The position numbers and the translations under genes are program-made. A DNA stretch of 60,119 bases, the filler included, from Squatina squatina (Eukaryota): assembly GCA_031763465.1 (NCBI GenBank). It is 3 parts of 3 records of this genome, joined end to end, with 100 filler letters (N's around TTAATTAATTAA, not from the genome) between each part and the next. Parts side by side here need not be neighbours in the genome. Positions count along the whole stretch, not along the records: positions 30,690 to 43,956 come from JARFOE010000058.1; positions 44,057 to 60,119 come from JARFOE010000100.1; 1 more part is not named here. The stretch is one strand, 5' to 3'. Under the pieces are notes generated by a model. That model was not told the DNA's origin and did not search any database. It saw nothing but the letters and a program-made list of their open reading frames with translations. Positions 35,091 to 48,731 of this stretch are shown here, one piece after another (position 1 is the first letter of the stretch; every line of letters starts with the position of its first letter).

Positions 35091-38000
35091 CCTAAGTTGT
35101 GTCCATACTGATGCGGATGCTCGCCAGAAATAATGAAAAAAACTGCCACTGTCCTGACACCAGATACTCCATCGGCGTCACGAGTGGAGTTCAGAGACAA
35201 GGCAGGGATATTGCACCTGTGGCACCATAGCGGGTCCATGCATTTTCAGTCCAAGGTCTTTTAAAATATAATTTTTCAGTGCAGCCTCACCAAGGTCACA
35301 GCATAGCTTCAACCTGCAGGTTTGCTTTCAAAATCAGTCATTATTATTATGGTCATAATTGTGGGGCTCCTCAACCCCTCATTCTTCCTTTTCTACCATA
35401 ATCTTACCTCATACTAAACATGTCTGTCAGTGGATGACTGCCCCCTGGTTTAACTTGACTTCTCTCCTGCTCTTTTCAGCGTGTTGCTCTATGGAACTTG
35501 GCCCTTCACTTTGATGTCTAAGTTAAAATAAATTGAGAAAGGTTACATACAAGTACATTGCTGTAATGTCAGGGTTAATATTAACCATGGATTTTTTTCC
35601 CTCTGGTCTTCAGTACAATAGAAGCAGAACTAGGGTATGTCTTCCCATGAGGGAGGAGATGGAGTTCACCTCAGTTGGCAGGTAGATTTTATTTTATAAA
35701 CCAACAGAGGCTAGGTTAAAAGGAAGGTTTGTTGTGTAATTGATGGGGACCAGGTCCCCTGTTCTCTCTGTCAACCCTCGTCTCACTCACTCCCGCATTT
35801 GTGTGCATATACAACCCCACCCCTCAACACGTACACACATGTTCATCACTCATCACTGCACAGAAGACATTTTTTGCAATTGAAAGCTAATGTTTCACCA
35901 AGTTCACTGTCAGAATGATTAATGCCAAATGCAAGCCTTGTCTGAACATGGTCTAAATTTACACTAATTACTTTTTTTTTTGCTGTAATGAGCCTAGTGA
36001 ACATTATGAATGATATATCAGCTTTCATTGATAACAAAGTGCCACACTTATTATGTTCATCTGTGAAATGGAATTCAGACTCCAATGAACATTTGATGGG
36101 ATTTGATAATACTAACCTTCAATATAATGAAGTATAGTTTGTTCAAAATGTGGGCATTCCTTGTAGGCGATAGTATTTCATTTATTCTCTGATGTTAAGA
36201 GGGGGGAAGAGAAACAAAATCATTCCATGTATTGTTCTATTATTGTAAGATAATTCCAGTCATGCCTGTGGGGAAAAAAAGAGTCCCGTGCAACCTACTG
36301 GAATTGGTTGAAATGAAAGAGGTCCTCTCACCCAGCGAGATAGGATGTCATAGGTGCTAGTTCGCTGGAGGACGAGAACACATATTAGCTCTGCTGCAGA
36401 GGACTCAGTCCAGACTTTGAGGCCCCACATTACCTNNNNNNNNNNTGCCATTAAGCTTGCCCGCAATGGCTCAGAGCTCTTTGTCAGGGCTTCTCGCAGA
36501 GCATGGAGACCACTTTATCCTACATGGAGTGAGTCGTCAGCACCAAAAACATGACAGTGGCACCCACCATGATGGAAACTCTGCTGGCAGCTCTGACTGC
36601 TTCTATTGCAGCTCACACTCCAACCATGGAATCTCAGACAGCTGCCATCTTTGGGGGCTAGTGTTGATGGGAGTTCCAGAATGTTGCATCACTCCCGTAC
36701 TCTATTCTCATGCAGTGTCATAGGAATTCTGAGGTGCAGTCCAAGGAGAGTGGCCATGGCTCCATGGGAGATGGAACCTGTTGTCCTCACTCAGGCTGAC
36801 GGCATGCCTGCTTCCCCACCACCCACAACTCCAGTGCCCTTGCCACACAGTCAGCTGGGCCAGACTGCTGTAGTCTGCAGTTGGGCCCTCAAGGCCCAGA
36901 GATACCTGAGATCACCCACCATAGCCATCCCAATAGAAGCTCAGCAGCCTTCATCCTCCCTGTAGCCACTGGGAAAACACTTCATAGGAACACTAAAATA
37001 GTTACACAAACACACCAAGGGCTTGCATAAGGGTGATTCTTAATGTTCCTGTTAAATATTGTGTACAGAATTGAGTTGTTGATTTCTTGTCCTGATTCAC
37101 TCTNNNNNNNNNNNNNNNNNNNNNNNNNNNNNNNNNNNNNNNNNNNNNNNNNNNNNNNNNNNNNNNNNNNNNNNNNNNNNNNNNNNNNNNNNNNNNNNNN
37201 NNNGTCAAACTAGTATGTACTGTTCTTTCTAGTTTATACCAAACAGTCGCTCATAGAGCTGACCTGTTAAGACCATCATGAGCTGAGGATTTATGGAGCA
37301 TAAACTAGCACTTTGAGGTAGATTCTAAAAGTGAATTTAGGTACGTTGCTTTTGGTGTTAATTGAAATAATTGTCCTAAGGACATATGAGTTACAGACCA
37401 TGAAATTACACTGTGATAGTTATCTAAACAAAGGAATGGCTAAATATTTTAATGTAGGAAGTACTAGATTGCCTATCTAGAGCTCTGCAGTATTTGGCTG
37501 GCAAGTTAGCATTTATATAAAAATGTATTGTAAGTCTGGACAACGTTGCTTCAACAGGTGTCAGCTTTGCTCACTTGTTTGCACTTTTGTTTCTCGGCCA
37601 GAAAGTATTGGGTTTGAGCCCAAACCAGGATTTGAGCACATAATCCAGTGCAACATAATGAGATTAGTTTTGGATTGCACCCACAAAGAGCTGGGCTAAA
37701 TGACCTCCTTTTATACTATAAACTTCACTGAATGTATGCAGCACTGAGGGAGCACTTCATTGTTGGAGGTGCCATCCTCTCAGATGAGACATTAAACAGG
37801 GTTCGTATCAGTTGTGAAATACAGCTTTAATAAGAACAAATACAGTAGGTGTAATATTTTGGAAGGATAAGGTCTTCTGGGCCAAATACTGTGTGTGAAA
37901 AAGAATAGAAATTGTGAGCTCGGAATTTGACACCTGAACTAAGAATTGGTTTCCAATCCAGGATGCATTTCCCATTCAGTATAGTATATGAGATTCCTGA

Positions 38001-38968
38001 TTCTGGCATAACACTTGCATGTATAACCAATCCCGCCTGGTGGGAATGGAATAGGTGCGTATTTAAAATTACCTGAGAGTACACAATCACCCCTTTCCTG
38101 CTCGATTCCACCAGCCGCCATTATAATCACCACAATTTTTTGGTGGTCAAGGCACCCACCCAAAGCGGGNNNNNNNNNNNNNNNNNNNNNNNNNNNNNNN
38201 NNNNNNNNNNNNNNNNNNNNNNNNNNNNNNNNNNNNNNNNNNNNNNNNNNNNNNNNNNNNNNNNNNNNNCAGGAAAGGAAGTCTGATGCAGAAAATGGTA
38301 AGAAATTGAACTAAGCAGTTCTGTAAAATATTGTTTTGCAGTGACATGTCCTCAGGTGACATGAAAATCAATTATATATCCACATTAAGAATGGAGCTAT
38401 TTCCAGTGGTATTGTAAGGCATGGTTTAGTTTAACCTTGTAGAGCAATTCATTGCATGAATATTATGACAATAGGATTCCTGTCCTTATCCAGCCACCCC
38501 TAAATAACTCAATTAGGACTGTGTAATAATTCTGCTGTATTATGTATATAATTTACACCAACTTTTTGTGCACTCAAAGTTTGCTGTCAATCATTGCATT
38601 TCTAAAATCTTGTAGTTTTACTTCGTCATCATCAGTAAGAGCTTCATGCATAATGAGCAGAATTCTATTGTTTTTGTAGCAGAGCAAAATATATTTTGCA
38701 ACAGCATGATTGAATGACTCTAGCATTGAGTTGCTGGAGTCTTGACAGCAGGTACAGTACTTCACTGGTATTATCTACATTTCTTTTTACAAAAACAAGG
38801 GAAGCATTCTCGATTAGATTCTAGGCTCCAGTGAGGCCAGAGTTGTATTTGGAACCTTAAGTATTTTTGAAAGCATTGGAATGTTTTAATAAGACACTGA
38901 GGAGGGAGTAAGGTGGATAACCTCAGATTCACTGTCGGTAACGGGACGAAAATTTTGTCCCCTTGCCA

Positions 38969-38984
38969 CCAGTAGATGGCGGCA
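38969..38984 (+). promoter_or_regulatory. CTCF-binding consensus match
   Basis: ccagtagatggcgg fits CCASYAGRKGGCRS; motif evidence only. Confidence 0.4.
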
Positions 38985-39015
38985 TTGAGAGCTGTAACGA
39001 CAGCTCCTGCTGAAT

Positions 39016-39147
39016 TCAGCACCGTGCGCCAAATCGTGGCCCCTCTGTAGTGCTGTTGGTAACAGTGAGACAGTGATTGCTGTGGACTTCAATGCCAGGG
39101 AGATCAATAAGTCTGTCATGTTCACCGAACACCCAATCTGCCAAACT
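39016..39147 (-). CDS. Candidate terminal coding exon fragment (SLADWVFGEHDRLIDLPGIEVHSNHCLTVTNSTTEGPRFGARC*)
   Basis: Open from the gap to TGA with coding-like composition; unidentified, and other frames are also open. Confidence 0.3.
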   Translation of the reverse strand, partial: SLADWVFGEHDRLIDLPGIEVHSNHCLTVTNSTTEGPRFGARC

Positions 39148-42100
39148 ACNNNNNNNNNNNNNNNNNNNNNNNNNNNNNNNNNNNNNNNNNNNNNNNNNNN
39201 NNNNNNNNNNNNNNNNNNNNNNNNNNNNNNNNNNNNNNNNNNNNNNNNNNNNNNNNNNNNNNNNNNNNNNNNNNNNNNNNNNNNNNNNNNNNNNNNNNNN
39301 NNNNNNNNNNNNNNNNNNNNNNNNNNNNNNNNNNNNNNNNNNNNNNNNNNNNNNNNNNNNNNNNNNNNNNNNNNNNNNNNNNNNNNNNNNNNNNNNNNNN
39401 NNNNNNNNNNNNNNNNNNNNNNNNNNNNNNNNNNNNNNNNNNNNNNNNNNNNNNNNNNNNNNNNNNNNNNNNNNNNNNNNNNNNNNNNNNNNNNNNNNNN
39501 NNNNNNNNNNNNNNNNNNNNNNNNNNNNNNNNNNNNNNNNNNNNNNNNNNNNNNNNNNNNNNNNNNNNNNNNNNNNNNNNNNNNNNNNNNNNNNNNNNNN
39601 NNNNNNNNNNNNNNNNNNNNNNNNNNNNNNNNNNNNNNNNNNNNNNNNNNNNNNNNNNNNNNNNNNNNNNNNNNNNNNNNNNNNNNNNNNNNNNNNNNNN
39701 NNNNNNNNNNNNNNNNNNNNNNNNNNNNNNNNNNNNNNNNNNNNNNNNNNNNNNNNNNNNNNNNNNNNNNNNNNNNNNNNNNNNNNNNNNNNNNNNNNNN
39801 NNNNNNNNNNNNNNNNNNNNNNNNNNNNNNNNNNNNNNNNNNNNNNNNNNNNNNNNNNNNNNNNNNNNNNNNNNNNNNNNNNNNNNNNNNNNNNNNNNNN
39901 NNNNNNNNNNNNNNNNNNNNNNNNNNNNNNNNNNNNNNNNNNNNNNNNNNNNNNNNNNNNNNNNNNNNNNNNNNNNNNNNNNNNNNNNNNNNNNNNNNNN
40001 NNNNNNNNNNNNNNNNNNNNNNNNNNNNNNNNNTAAAACTGGGGCTACAGTTTTAAATTTGATAATGCACCTCCAAATGCTTTGAAAGAAAATTCCATCT
40101 TGGTTCTGATTGTGCTTATGATGACTCACCATTACACTAAATGACTATACAGCACTTAGTAAAGCTTCTTGAGTTAGAAATTTACAGGTAGGCCACAATT
40201 TTGTTTCTGAATTTTAAGTTGAATAGGATGTCATTTTCTTTTCTTCCTTGATTACCAACAGCCTGGAATAAAAAGGCAAAGAAACTGTGAATGCTGGAAA
40301 TTAGAACAGAAAATGTTGCCAATATATAGGTCATAGGAGAAATTTCAGGTTAACATTTCTGGTAGCTACACTTTGGCAGATTTCTGCTGAAAAATGTAAA
40401 ACTGTCTTTTTCAGATGCTGACTGACCTGGTGTGCATTCACACCATTTCTTTGTCATACCAAGTACCTTGAGTTTGATTTCTCAACTACTTAACTACTTA
40501 AGTACTATGTAAATGATAATGTCATTCAAATATTCCTTGTAAAAAGGCTACAATTTTTTTGTTAGCTAATCCCATAACAAATCCTAATGGATATAAAGTA
40601 TTTATAGAACTAAGAAATTTAAGTGATGACCAAAAATCATATTGCAAAGCCCTATAGAACGACATGGTAATTGGTGCAAATTGTTTTAATATTTATGAAA
40701 TTATAAACCTATTCAGATCCAAAACTTCAATCGTATGATGTTACTATTTAAGTATTTCATGTAGTTAAAAATTATGCCAATACATTAGGTGGTTACTGGG
40801 GTATGAACATTTTATTACATCACATTAGGAGCTAATATCCTGAAGGATCCTAACTTCGAAGAGTTTAGCCATCTTGCTTCAATTCCCAGTGATTATAAAT
40901 CTAAATCACAAAATCATCCATAATTTTGCATTAACTTGGTATTTTTACAGTGAAAGTCCTGTGGGGAAATGACCTGTCCCGCAAATGGAGAAGAGCAGAT
41001 TCTTCCAACTGCTGTACTGCCTGTTCAAATACGACAAAGACCAAATTAATATCAATGCACGTCATTTTTAACACAAAATGTTTTTTTTTGGAAGATGTTA
41101 GATTAATACATGTCAATATGCTCAGCCAATCTTCTGAGAGCGTCACCCTTAGTTTTTCGCCGAGATATCCTCCCTCCTTTCCTCTGCAGAGTGACTCCTC
41201 ATTCTTGGTGATTTTAGTTTCTATCTCAACTCACCTTGNNNNNNNNNNNNNNNNNNNNNNNNNNNNNNNNNNNNNNNNNNNNNNNNNNNNNNNNNNNNNN
41301 NNNNNNNNNNNNNNNNNNNNNNNNNNNNNNNNNNNNNNACCGCCCTGGAAATGAAATGGACAGCGCTCCGCGTCACATCCAGGTCAGTAATGCCAATATT
41401 TCACTGAGGGCGGTACTTCCAGTGCCAGCGATAAAAGTTCTGGCCCCGGAGAGTCACCGCTCTCAAATGGGCCGCAGGCCAATTTCAAAGCCTAGGTGCC
41501 TGAAATGGAAAGTGTTCTGTTTTCCAGCACTGAATTACCTCAACTCAAGGACTACATATGCATTCATAATATTTACCATGAATTGAGTTTGAAAAGAATC
41601 TGCTCTGAGGAATGAACCTTAATTTTTTTGCAGCAAATGTCATAACTGAGCATCTTGAGATCAGAAACATACAAAGGTCAGACTTCCTGTATGATTGTTT
41701 AAACTCCTCAGAGAGCATATCTTATAGAATCAGCACTTCCCAGGCCATTACCCATTGTTCAACTCAGACCAGATTTGGATTGTTGACTTGTATCCTCTAG
41801 GAATTGGATTGGAAGCACCTGAACTTGGTGCCTCAATGAGTTAACTGAGCCATATACATCAAGAAAGTCACAGTTCTAATCCGTGGTCAGTGCTGAGTAA
41901 GATGCTTTCAGCCAAGGCAGCACAAGAGCACTACAATTGACTTCAACAGACCTGCATTAGGAGAAGAAAGCCAACCAGAGTTCCCATTCCTAATTGCTAA
42001 CCAGTAACTTCTGCTGGAAGGTGACTGAAAAGGGAGGATTGGGCTCAACTCTGATGCCTCTTGCAATCAAATTGCCTGCTCACAATGAATAATGGCCATT

Positions 42101-43129
42101 TGGATGAGATACTGGAGGGCAACTGTTGAAGATGGGAGCATATTCCAGCAAGGAATCCATATTTTCCAGTAGAGGTGAGAAAGTGATGAGGAATAATGAA
42201 GAGAAAGTGTCAGAATTTGTTTGACATTTGACACAAACAGTCAGTGACAGATTAAGATTTAAAATCCATCCCACATGAATGCTGGATTTCAGCATTCTCA
42301 TGGGATGGATTTTAAATGCAAATCCCAAGGGTGTGGTCAATGTTCTCGTACACTGTGCTATAGTAAAGCTGATTTATTTTTTGAAGGAAAGTTGTGATGA
42401 TCTAGTAGAAAGCAAGACGATCTCTTTGGCACAGGGATGACTGCACAGAAAAATAATAATACAACTTGCCTTGCTGTTACTAAGATACTTTTACCATTCC
42501 AGACTGTGATGTATGTTNNNNNNNNNNNNNNNNNNNNNNNNNNNNNNNNNNNNNNNNNNNNNNNNNNNNNNNNNNNNNNNNNNNNNNNNNNNNNNNNNNN
42601 NNNNNNNNNNNNNNNNNTGTAAACATTTCTGAAGTTTCTCAGCCTCTTCTGCTTGCCACCAAGGTTTTCTCGGCAGTTCAGGCACTGCACGATTTCTAGT
42701 TAAAATTGTGTTGGGGATCTAATTGCATCACAGGACCCTGATTTTGAGATATTCTTGAAGCCCATACCCTGTCTGTAGCGGGAGAGTGTCGGGAACATAG
42801 CGGTTTGTACTCTGCTGCTATTTTAAACATCCACCTTCCCCATTCCCATCAGGCGGGCAAGGTTAAAATCGGGGCTATACAGTAGAAAATATTGCTGGCA
42901 ATATTATCAGGCAGATGCCGAACCGACTTGCAGGACACTATTCTGTTTCATGAGTTGCTAATCCAATTTAAAATGGACAAGTAAATACCTAAACAACGGT
43001 TTATACAGTGTTCACAAGACAATTATGGGTGAAGAAAGCTATTTGTCCCATCCAAAAAGATGCGACACTCCCTCAATTGTGGAATCCTGGGTTTTAACCT
43101 CCACTTCTCTATCTGCGTTGACCACTCTT

Positions 43130-43730
43130 TGCAGAGTTGGGCACCGAGCAGAAGAGCAAAAAGGGAGAGGAGAAAAAAAAACATGAGTTGGGGAGAAGAA
43201 ATGAAGGTAAAGTCAAAAAGAAGGGTATTAAGGAGGCTTTTGGAGACAGGAAGGAGATGACAGGACAGAGGAGCTGACAAGGGAGCGAGTTCCAGAAGGT
43301 GGGAATATCGAGGCTGAAGAAACAGCTGCAGATGCAAAGTCCATGGAGTGGGTAAGCAGGAGCCAGGCGATGTCAAAAGAGTGAATGGTGCACAGAAGGA
43401 ATTATAGGTGGAACAGATTGCCAATATAGGGTGGGATGAGTTCATGGGGAAAGATCCAAGCGCAGGATTTTTCTCCTTGTTTGGTTTACTGTCAAAATGG
43501 TGTTGGACCTGCATTTACGTCCTGCAGCATAATACAATTGAGAACCATTTCAGTTTTCCTCAGAGCACCTTCATTGGAGAAATAGAGTCTTGATGTAGTA
43601 AAGGTTTAAATAAGTATTTTGGCAGCACAGAGGAAAACAGCTGGAAGGGAGGCAGGCAGTTTTTCAAAAGGTGAAAGAGAGATGTCTTGGTGACAAATTA
43701 GATGTGAGGGAGGAAGCAGAGCTCGACATT
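43130..43730 (-). mobile_element. Old L2 3' region
   Basis: Purine-rich degenerate sequence similar to the L2 tail at ~27625-27830. Confidence 0.45.
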
Positions 43731-44000
43731 CAAGTGTTAAATAGTGCTTACCCGGAGAAAGTAAACCCCTTGAGATTTGCGGTGCATTTTTTTAATGTTT
43801 ATTGATATGGCATTTTTAACAGAGTACTATGTGAAACATAGAAACTATGCTGTAAATTTACTATACTTGGGTTGCAGATTTATTTTTGCCAGAATTCTAT
43901 TTCTATTGGTGCATCCACTGTAGACAGGTATAATACATACTGTATAAAGTCAGCACNNNNNNNNNNNNNNNNNNNNNNNNNNNNNNNNNNNNNNNNNNNN

Positions 44001-44012
44001 TTAATTAATTAA
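44001..44012. other. Synthetic linker TTAATTAATTAA in assembly gap
   Basis: 44 N + 12-mer + 44 N, identical to 30634-30645. Confidence 0.95.
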
Positions 44013-45925
44013 NNNNNNNNNNNNNNNNNNNNNNNNNNNNNNNNNNNNNNNNNNNNGATGAGGGAACAAGAAAATATCGTCCATATGAACTGAAAGTATT
44101 GGAGAAGAGAATGTTTCCGTGATAGGGTGGGGAGTTGGAGTGCAGTGTCTCTATGAACTGTGTTTGGAAGGAATTTTCCTTTGCTATTATTAAAAATCTA
44201 ATAATGAAATATAAAAGTGCTTAAGCATAACCACATAATTTTTAATGCAAAAATTCAAAAAAAATTTTGGTGGGGGGATCATGCCCCTAGACCGACCTGG
44301 AAATGCACCTTCAATTTTATGATGTCAAAATTTGGATTGTCCCTGCAGGCTTCATGTAGGTATATTTTTTATATATCTCTAATACAAGTGAAGGAATGTT
44401 CTGGATACCTGCCACTTATTATGTTACAAAGCCCATGTAGCTAACTGTTTTCACATGTCAAGGCTGTACTTCAGTTGTCAGCTATTTTTAGAACTGGCAT
44501 TTGTGCTCCCATCGATTCCAGTGTCCTGACAGTTTTGTATACAGGTGCATTGCAATGGCTATGATACAAAATGGCTGGGTTTAGTTGCCATAATACAAAT
44601 TACGCAGGTGAGCACTCAACAGAAGCTATTCCCCATCGACTTGTATTAGCTGTTAGTTGGAGTGTTATAGACAGATGGCATTTTATAAAAGTGATTATAA
44701 GTATATACATGTCAGCCAACAAAAGCTGACCAGCAGCTTCACCAATGTCAGTACAGCTCCAGAGAATGTTACAGCTCAAAACCAGCCCTGAATATGTGTC
44801 TTACCGCACCGGAAGATGATGGGTTGTATTGAAAGTGAAATGGGACATGAGTAGCTCACAATTTAAACTGCAGATATACCCGACATTTAATTATTTATTA
44901 TAGGGAAACAATCCTAAAGTACACAGAAGTGCAGTATGCAGCAGTGGTGAATTTAGAAATGACTGAAGAAGATTGGGAGCGTTGAAGGTGTGAGATTGAT
45001 TTCTAAAGGGATCTGAGGGCAAGCCTTCCGCCTAATGGGTTCTGATTTTTGTCGCTTTATTTTGCACATCTTCTGGCATTTTGGAGCCTTCTGTAATTCA
45101 GCCTTTCAAGCAAAAATTACTCTCTCCTGGAAGGTTTACTTTCTCCTGGAAAGATTGCTTTCTCCGAATTTGGGCCCAAACCAATTTCTAAGCCAGTGTG
45201 AAAACCCAGTATGACACCCAGTTCCTGCAAATTATATTTTTTGATTCTCAGTCTTGTGAATTAACAATTTGCATACATAAGGCAGTTTCTAGTCAGGAAT
45301 TAATATTTCATGTTACACTATAAAATTATACTTTATTGTCCCATTAAAAATAGAGTCCCTTTCACACAGCAATCAACAACAGATGGTGTCCACAGATTCT
45401 TTTAAAATATATTTTAGAAGCAAGTATATGGTGAATACCTTGCATAGGCTCATTTTACAATGCATTAGATTATAATCAGTGATTGAATCCTATAATTCAT
45501 TCAGAGGTACATAATACAGAGTTACATTAAGCAAGTGCTCTATATACTCAGTCGCAGGGAACCAAAGGGCATCAAATCAATTTCATTGGAGGCTAGGATA
45601 ATATTACAGCAAAATCTATTCTGAAGGTCATCTGTGTGAGCATTTGTGTGGGAGGATACATTTTTAATCCAATTCCATGTTATATTTTATTTCCATTGCC
45701 TAGGTGCCAATGTCCTTTCCTTGTCTTTCCACATCTTTTATCAGATTGTGAGCAAAAAACTTAATCTCATGTTCAGAGTTACTTGATAAAAAATAATCAT
45801 TATATAACTCAGACTGAGGGAAGAGGAAACAATATATACCTTAAACAGTTTTATTCATACAAGCTTAAATATTAAGGGGTTTAAATGGAATAAATCCTTG
45901 TATTAATTATACGTGCCAAGTTAAT

Positions 45926-46175
45926 GGGCCTGAAATTGCGATGTCCCCAGGTGGGAACGATCTTCCCACGCACCCGGGGAGACAGCGCAAAAGCTGGTTA
46001 TGGGGCTATTCATCGAAAGCCCGCATAACTGGCATTTGCGATCTGTCCAGAAACTTCTGGATAGATCCAGCGCTGAGGCTGCGAAGCCAATCCCCAGCAC
46101 TGATTTTGCGAGATTTTTGCAAAACTTTCACTGGGGATCTCTTCACATTTTTTACGCTTGGTAAAACCTAGTGTA
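45926..46175. mobile_element. Left-end fragment of the Harbinger-like MITE family
   Basis: Starts gggcctgaaattgcgatg; collinear with 46518-46775. Confidence 0.65.
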
Positions 46176-46517
46176 TCTGCTTCACAACTATTGCACATTT
46201 TTTCTTGTCTATACTTTTGGAGGCCAATCCATCCATCTTGGACCCTCTTATCTCATCCTGCCCTGTCACCCGAAAGCTATCTCATCCTGTCTTGTCCCCC
46301 TTAGTCCAGCCGGTGCATGTTTCAGGCACAAACTTGGGCCACTAAATCAGAGGCTCCTGGCTAGCCCCTTAAGCTAACTGACTATTCCATCCCGAGATCG
46401 TACATTAACTCCCAGAAACTTCTCTTCATTCTAAGTCTTTCTACACTCATTAACTTTTAATTATCTTCACAAACAGTTCTGTTACACAAACTCCAAATTC
46501 TACCTTATCATTATAAT

Positions 46518-47204
46518 GGCCCTGAAATCGCGATCTCCCCGGGTGGGAACGATGTTCCCATGCATCCGGGGAGACATCGCAAATGTCAGTTCTGGGGCTG
46601 CAATGTGCAAGCCCGCAGATCAGGCATTTGCGATCTGTCAAGACTTTTCTGGACAGATCCAACGCTTAGACAGGAAAACAGATTTCCAACGCTGAGCTTT
46701 GCGAGATTTTATCCACGCTTGCACTGGAAATCTGTTAAACTTTTTTTACATATGGTAAAACCTAGCGTATATGCTTGGTTTTACCAGCAAATAGGTTTTT
46801 TAAAAATTTAAATCAAAAAAATTAATGGTACATTATTTTAAAACCATTCCCATTAAGGTTAGTATGTTTTAAACATTTTAAAAGTTGTCTTTAATTTTTA
46901 AAAAAATTGTCTTAATTTATCTCTTTATTAAATTTTAATGTTGACTAGTTTTTAAATATTTATGGATGTGTCTGTGNNNNNNNNNNCAACCTGATTGGTT
47001 AGGGCCTCCCATGTGACCTCTCCAGCCTGTACGCTTGACTTCCCAGGAATCTGGAGAGCCCCGCTACGAAACTCCAACTCGGGAGGGGTGGGGGACTGAA
47101 ACTCGCAACATCGCGTGGATCGATGACTGTCAGGTAAGTTCATAAATATTTTTGCCATTGGAGGCCTCCGCACCCAGCAAGCCTCCGATCGCAATTTCAG
47201 GGCC
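46518..47204. mobile_element. Harbinger-like MITE, complete
   Basis: TIRs ggccctgaaatcgcgatc / gatcgcaatttcagggcc; flanks aat/att. Confidence 0.75.
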
Positions 47205-47367
47205 ATTATGGTTATTAGCAATAATGGAAGAAACATAGGTTGGATCTCCATTGGCTAAATTACAAATNNNNNNNNNNNNNNNNNNNNNNNNNNNNNNNNN
47301 NNNNNNNNNNNNNNNNNNNNNNNNNNNNNNNNNNNNNNNNNNNNNNNNNNNNNNNNNNNNNNNNNNN

Positions 47368-48050
47368 CCCGCGAAATTAGCCCGGGAGTTAGTGGAGGCA
47401 GTGCTACGGCAGCACCGCACCCAGTGGGTAGCGCCCCAGGCCACCGCGCAACCGGGAATGACATAATCTCTGTGCGCAGTGACCCCATAATGCCACGCGC
47501 CGACCCGTTTCCACCCCAGAGTGGATATTGCGAGGTAATGATGTCATCACCGGTTACGACCGGGTGTCAGCCTCAGCCTCGCGGGTCACAAACCGGGTCG
47601 ACATTTGCTCGTGGGGCGAAAGTTAAAGCGGAGGTCGCAAAACGCAAATTGGGTGGTCCGGGCCGCCATCGTGTAGCCCGGCACTCCATTTTGGGTGCTG
47701 AGCTGCAGGCCCCGGTACCACGCTGCCCTGGAGGCCTAGTGGAGGCCATCTGAGGCCTTGCAGAGTGCGCAGTGGCCCTCCCCTTCAAGCGAAGGGGAGG
47801 GACGTTGAAATGCGTCAGCGCTCCTTGAGGCGTCCGCAGAGCACTGTCGATCGTGCCCCATTAACACCGCTAGGCCCCTCCCAGGACCCGCCTCAAGAGG
47901 AAGTTAGGTATGTGCGAGATTACGCTTCACTTCCTCTGGGGGGCGGTAAGGCCAATTCCGCAGCCGGGACGGGACTTCCACACTGGACGCAGGAAGCACC
48001 ACCCGAGCAGATTACCGCCCCCAATCGGGGCGCAGGGCAATTTCACCCCG
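47368..48050. mobile_element. GC-rich putative non-autonomous DNA transposon, right part
   Basis: CpG-rich with an abrupt end at gggcaatttcacccc resembling the other TIR ends; left end is in the gap. Confidence 0.45.
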
Positions 48051-48549
48051 AGTCCGGGAATATGATTTAAAATGTAAGTTTAGATTGGGGGTCGAGAGTT
48101 TTGCTTGATTTTCATTTGAGGCAGGTAGGAAGTATGGAGAAATGTTCCTCACAAGATTAAATCGATTGGGCAGAGTCCATTATGGAGTGGGTGAGGTATC
48201 ATCTGCTGAAGAGTCAATTGGCCTGATGGTCCAATTGAACTCGAGAAGAAAGAGTTGAATTTGCTCTTGTACTCCATGAGAGTTGGCATTTCCTCCTGTT
48301 TTTATCACATCTGGATGTATGGAAGGTAGTACCCCATTTGACAATTTGCATCAGGTGGCGCTGTGGTCAAAGACGACCCGAAAATCGGGTCCAAAGATGC
48401 CCAGAATTTGTGCTGCCAGCTACCTGTCTCACACAGTACGTGCCATACGTGCGCAGTGCACACACCTCAGGAGCTTCTCTCGGCAGGAAATCCCAGAGGT
48501 CAGCTTTGTGAGGGGGATGGGAAGTTGCGACGATTGAAAAACACCCTCA

Positions 48550-48731
48550 GAGTAGAAATTCATCCTGGGCGGTGGTGCAAAAACGGATGTCATCGTACGG
48601 GCCACGTATTATGCCCCGCTTGAGATTCGATGCTGTTGAAGTCATTGAGCTGAGTATCGGGCAGGACGTATAATGGGCAGCTACTTTGATTCTGACAATT
48701 TCGCGCTACCGCCAAGGTAAATTTCTACCGC
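48550..48731. mobile_element. Short MITE
   Basis: Imperfect TIRs gagtagaaattcatcctgggcggt / accgccaaggtaaatttctaccgc. Confidence 0.5.

Noticed and set aside
36447-37060. Overlapping ORFs as a host gene
   Set aside because: Frames are broken; resembles a decayed transposon coding region, but the family could not be supported.
39073-40132. ~320-aa ORFs
   Set aside because: Almost entirely N (gap 39150-40033).
40950-41025. Possible minus-strand exon after tttgaacag
   Set aside because: Weak donors, all three frames open over a short span, no identification.
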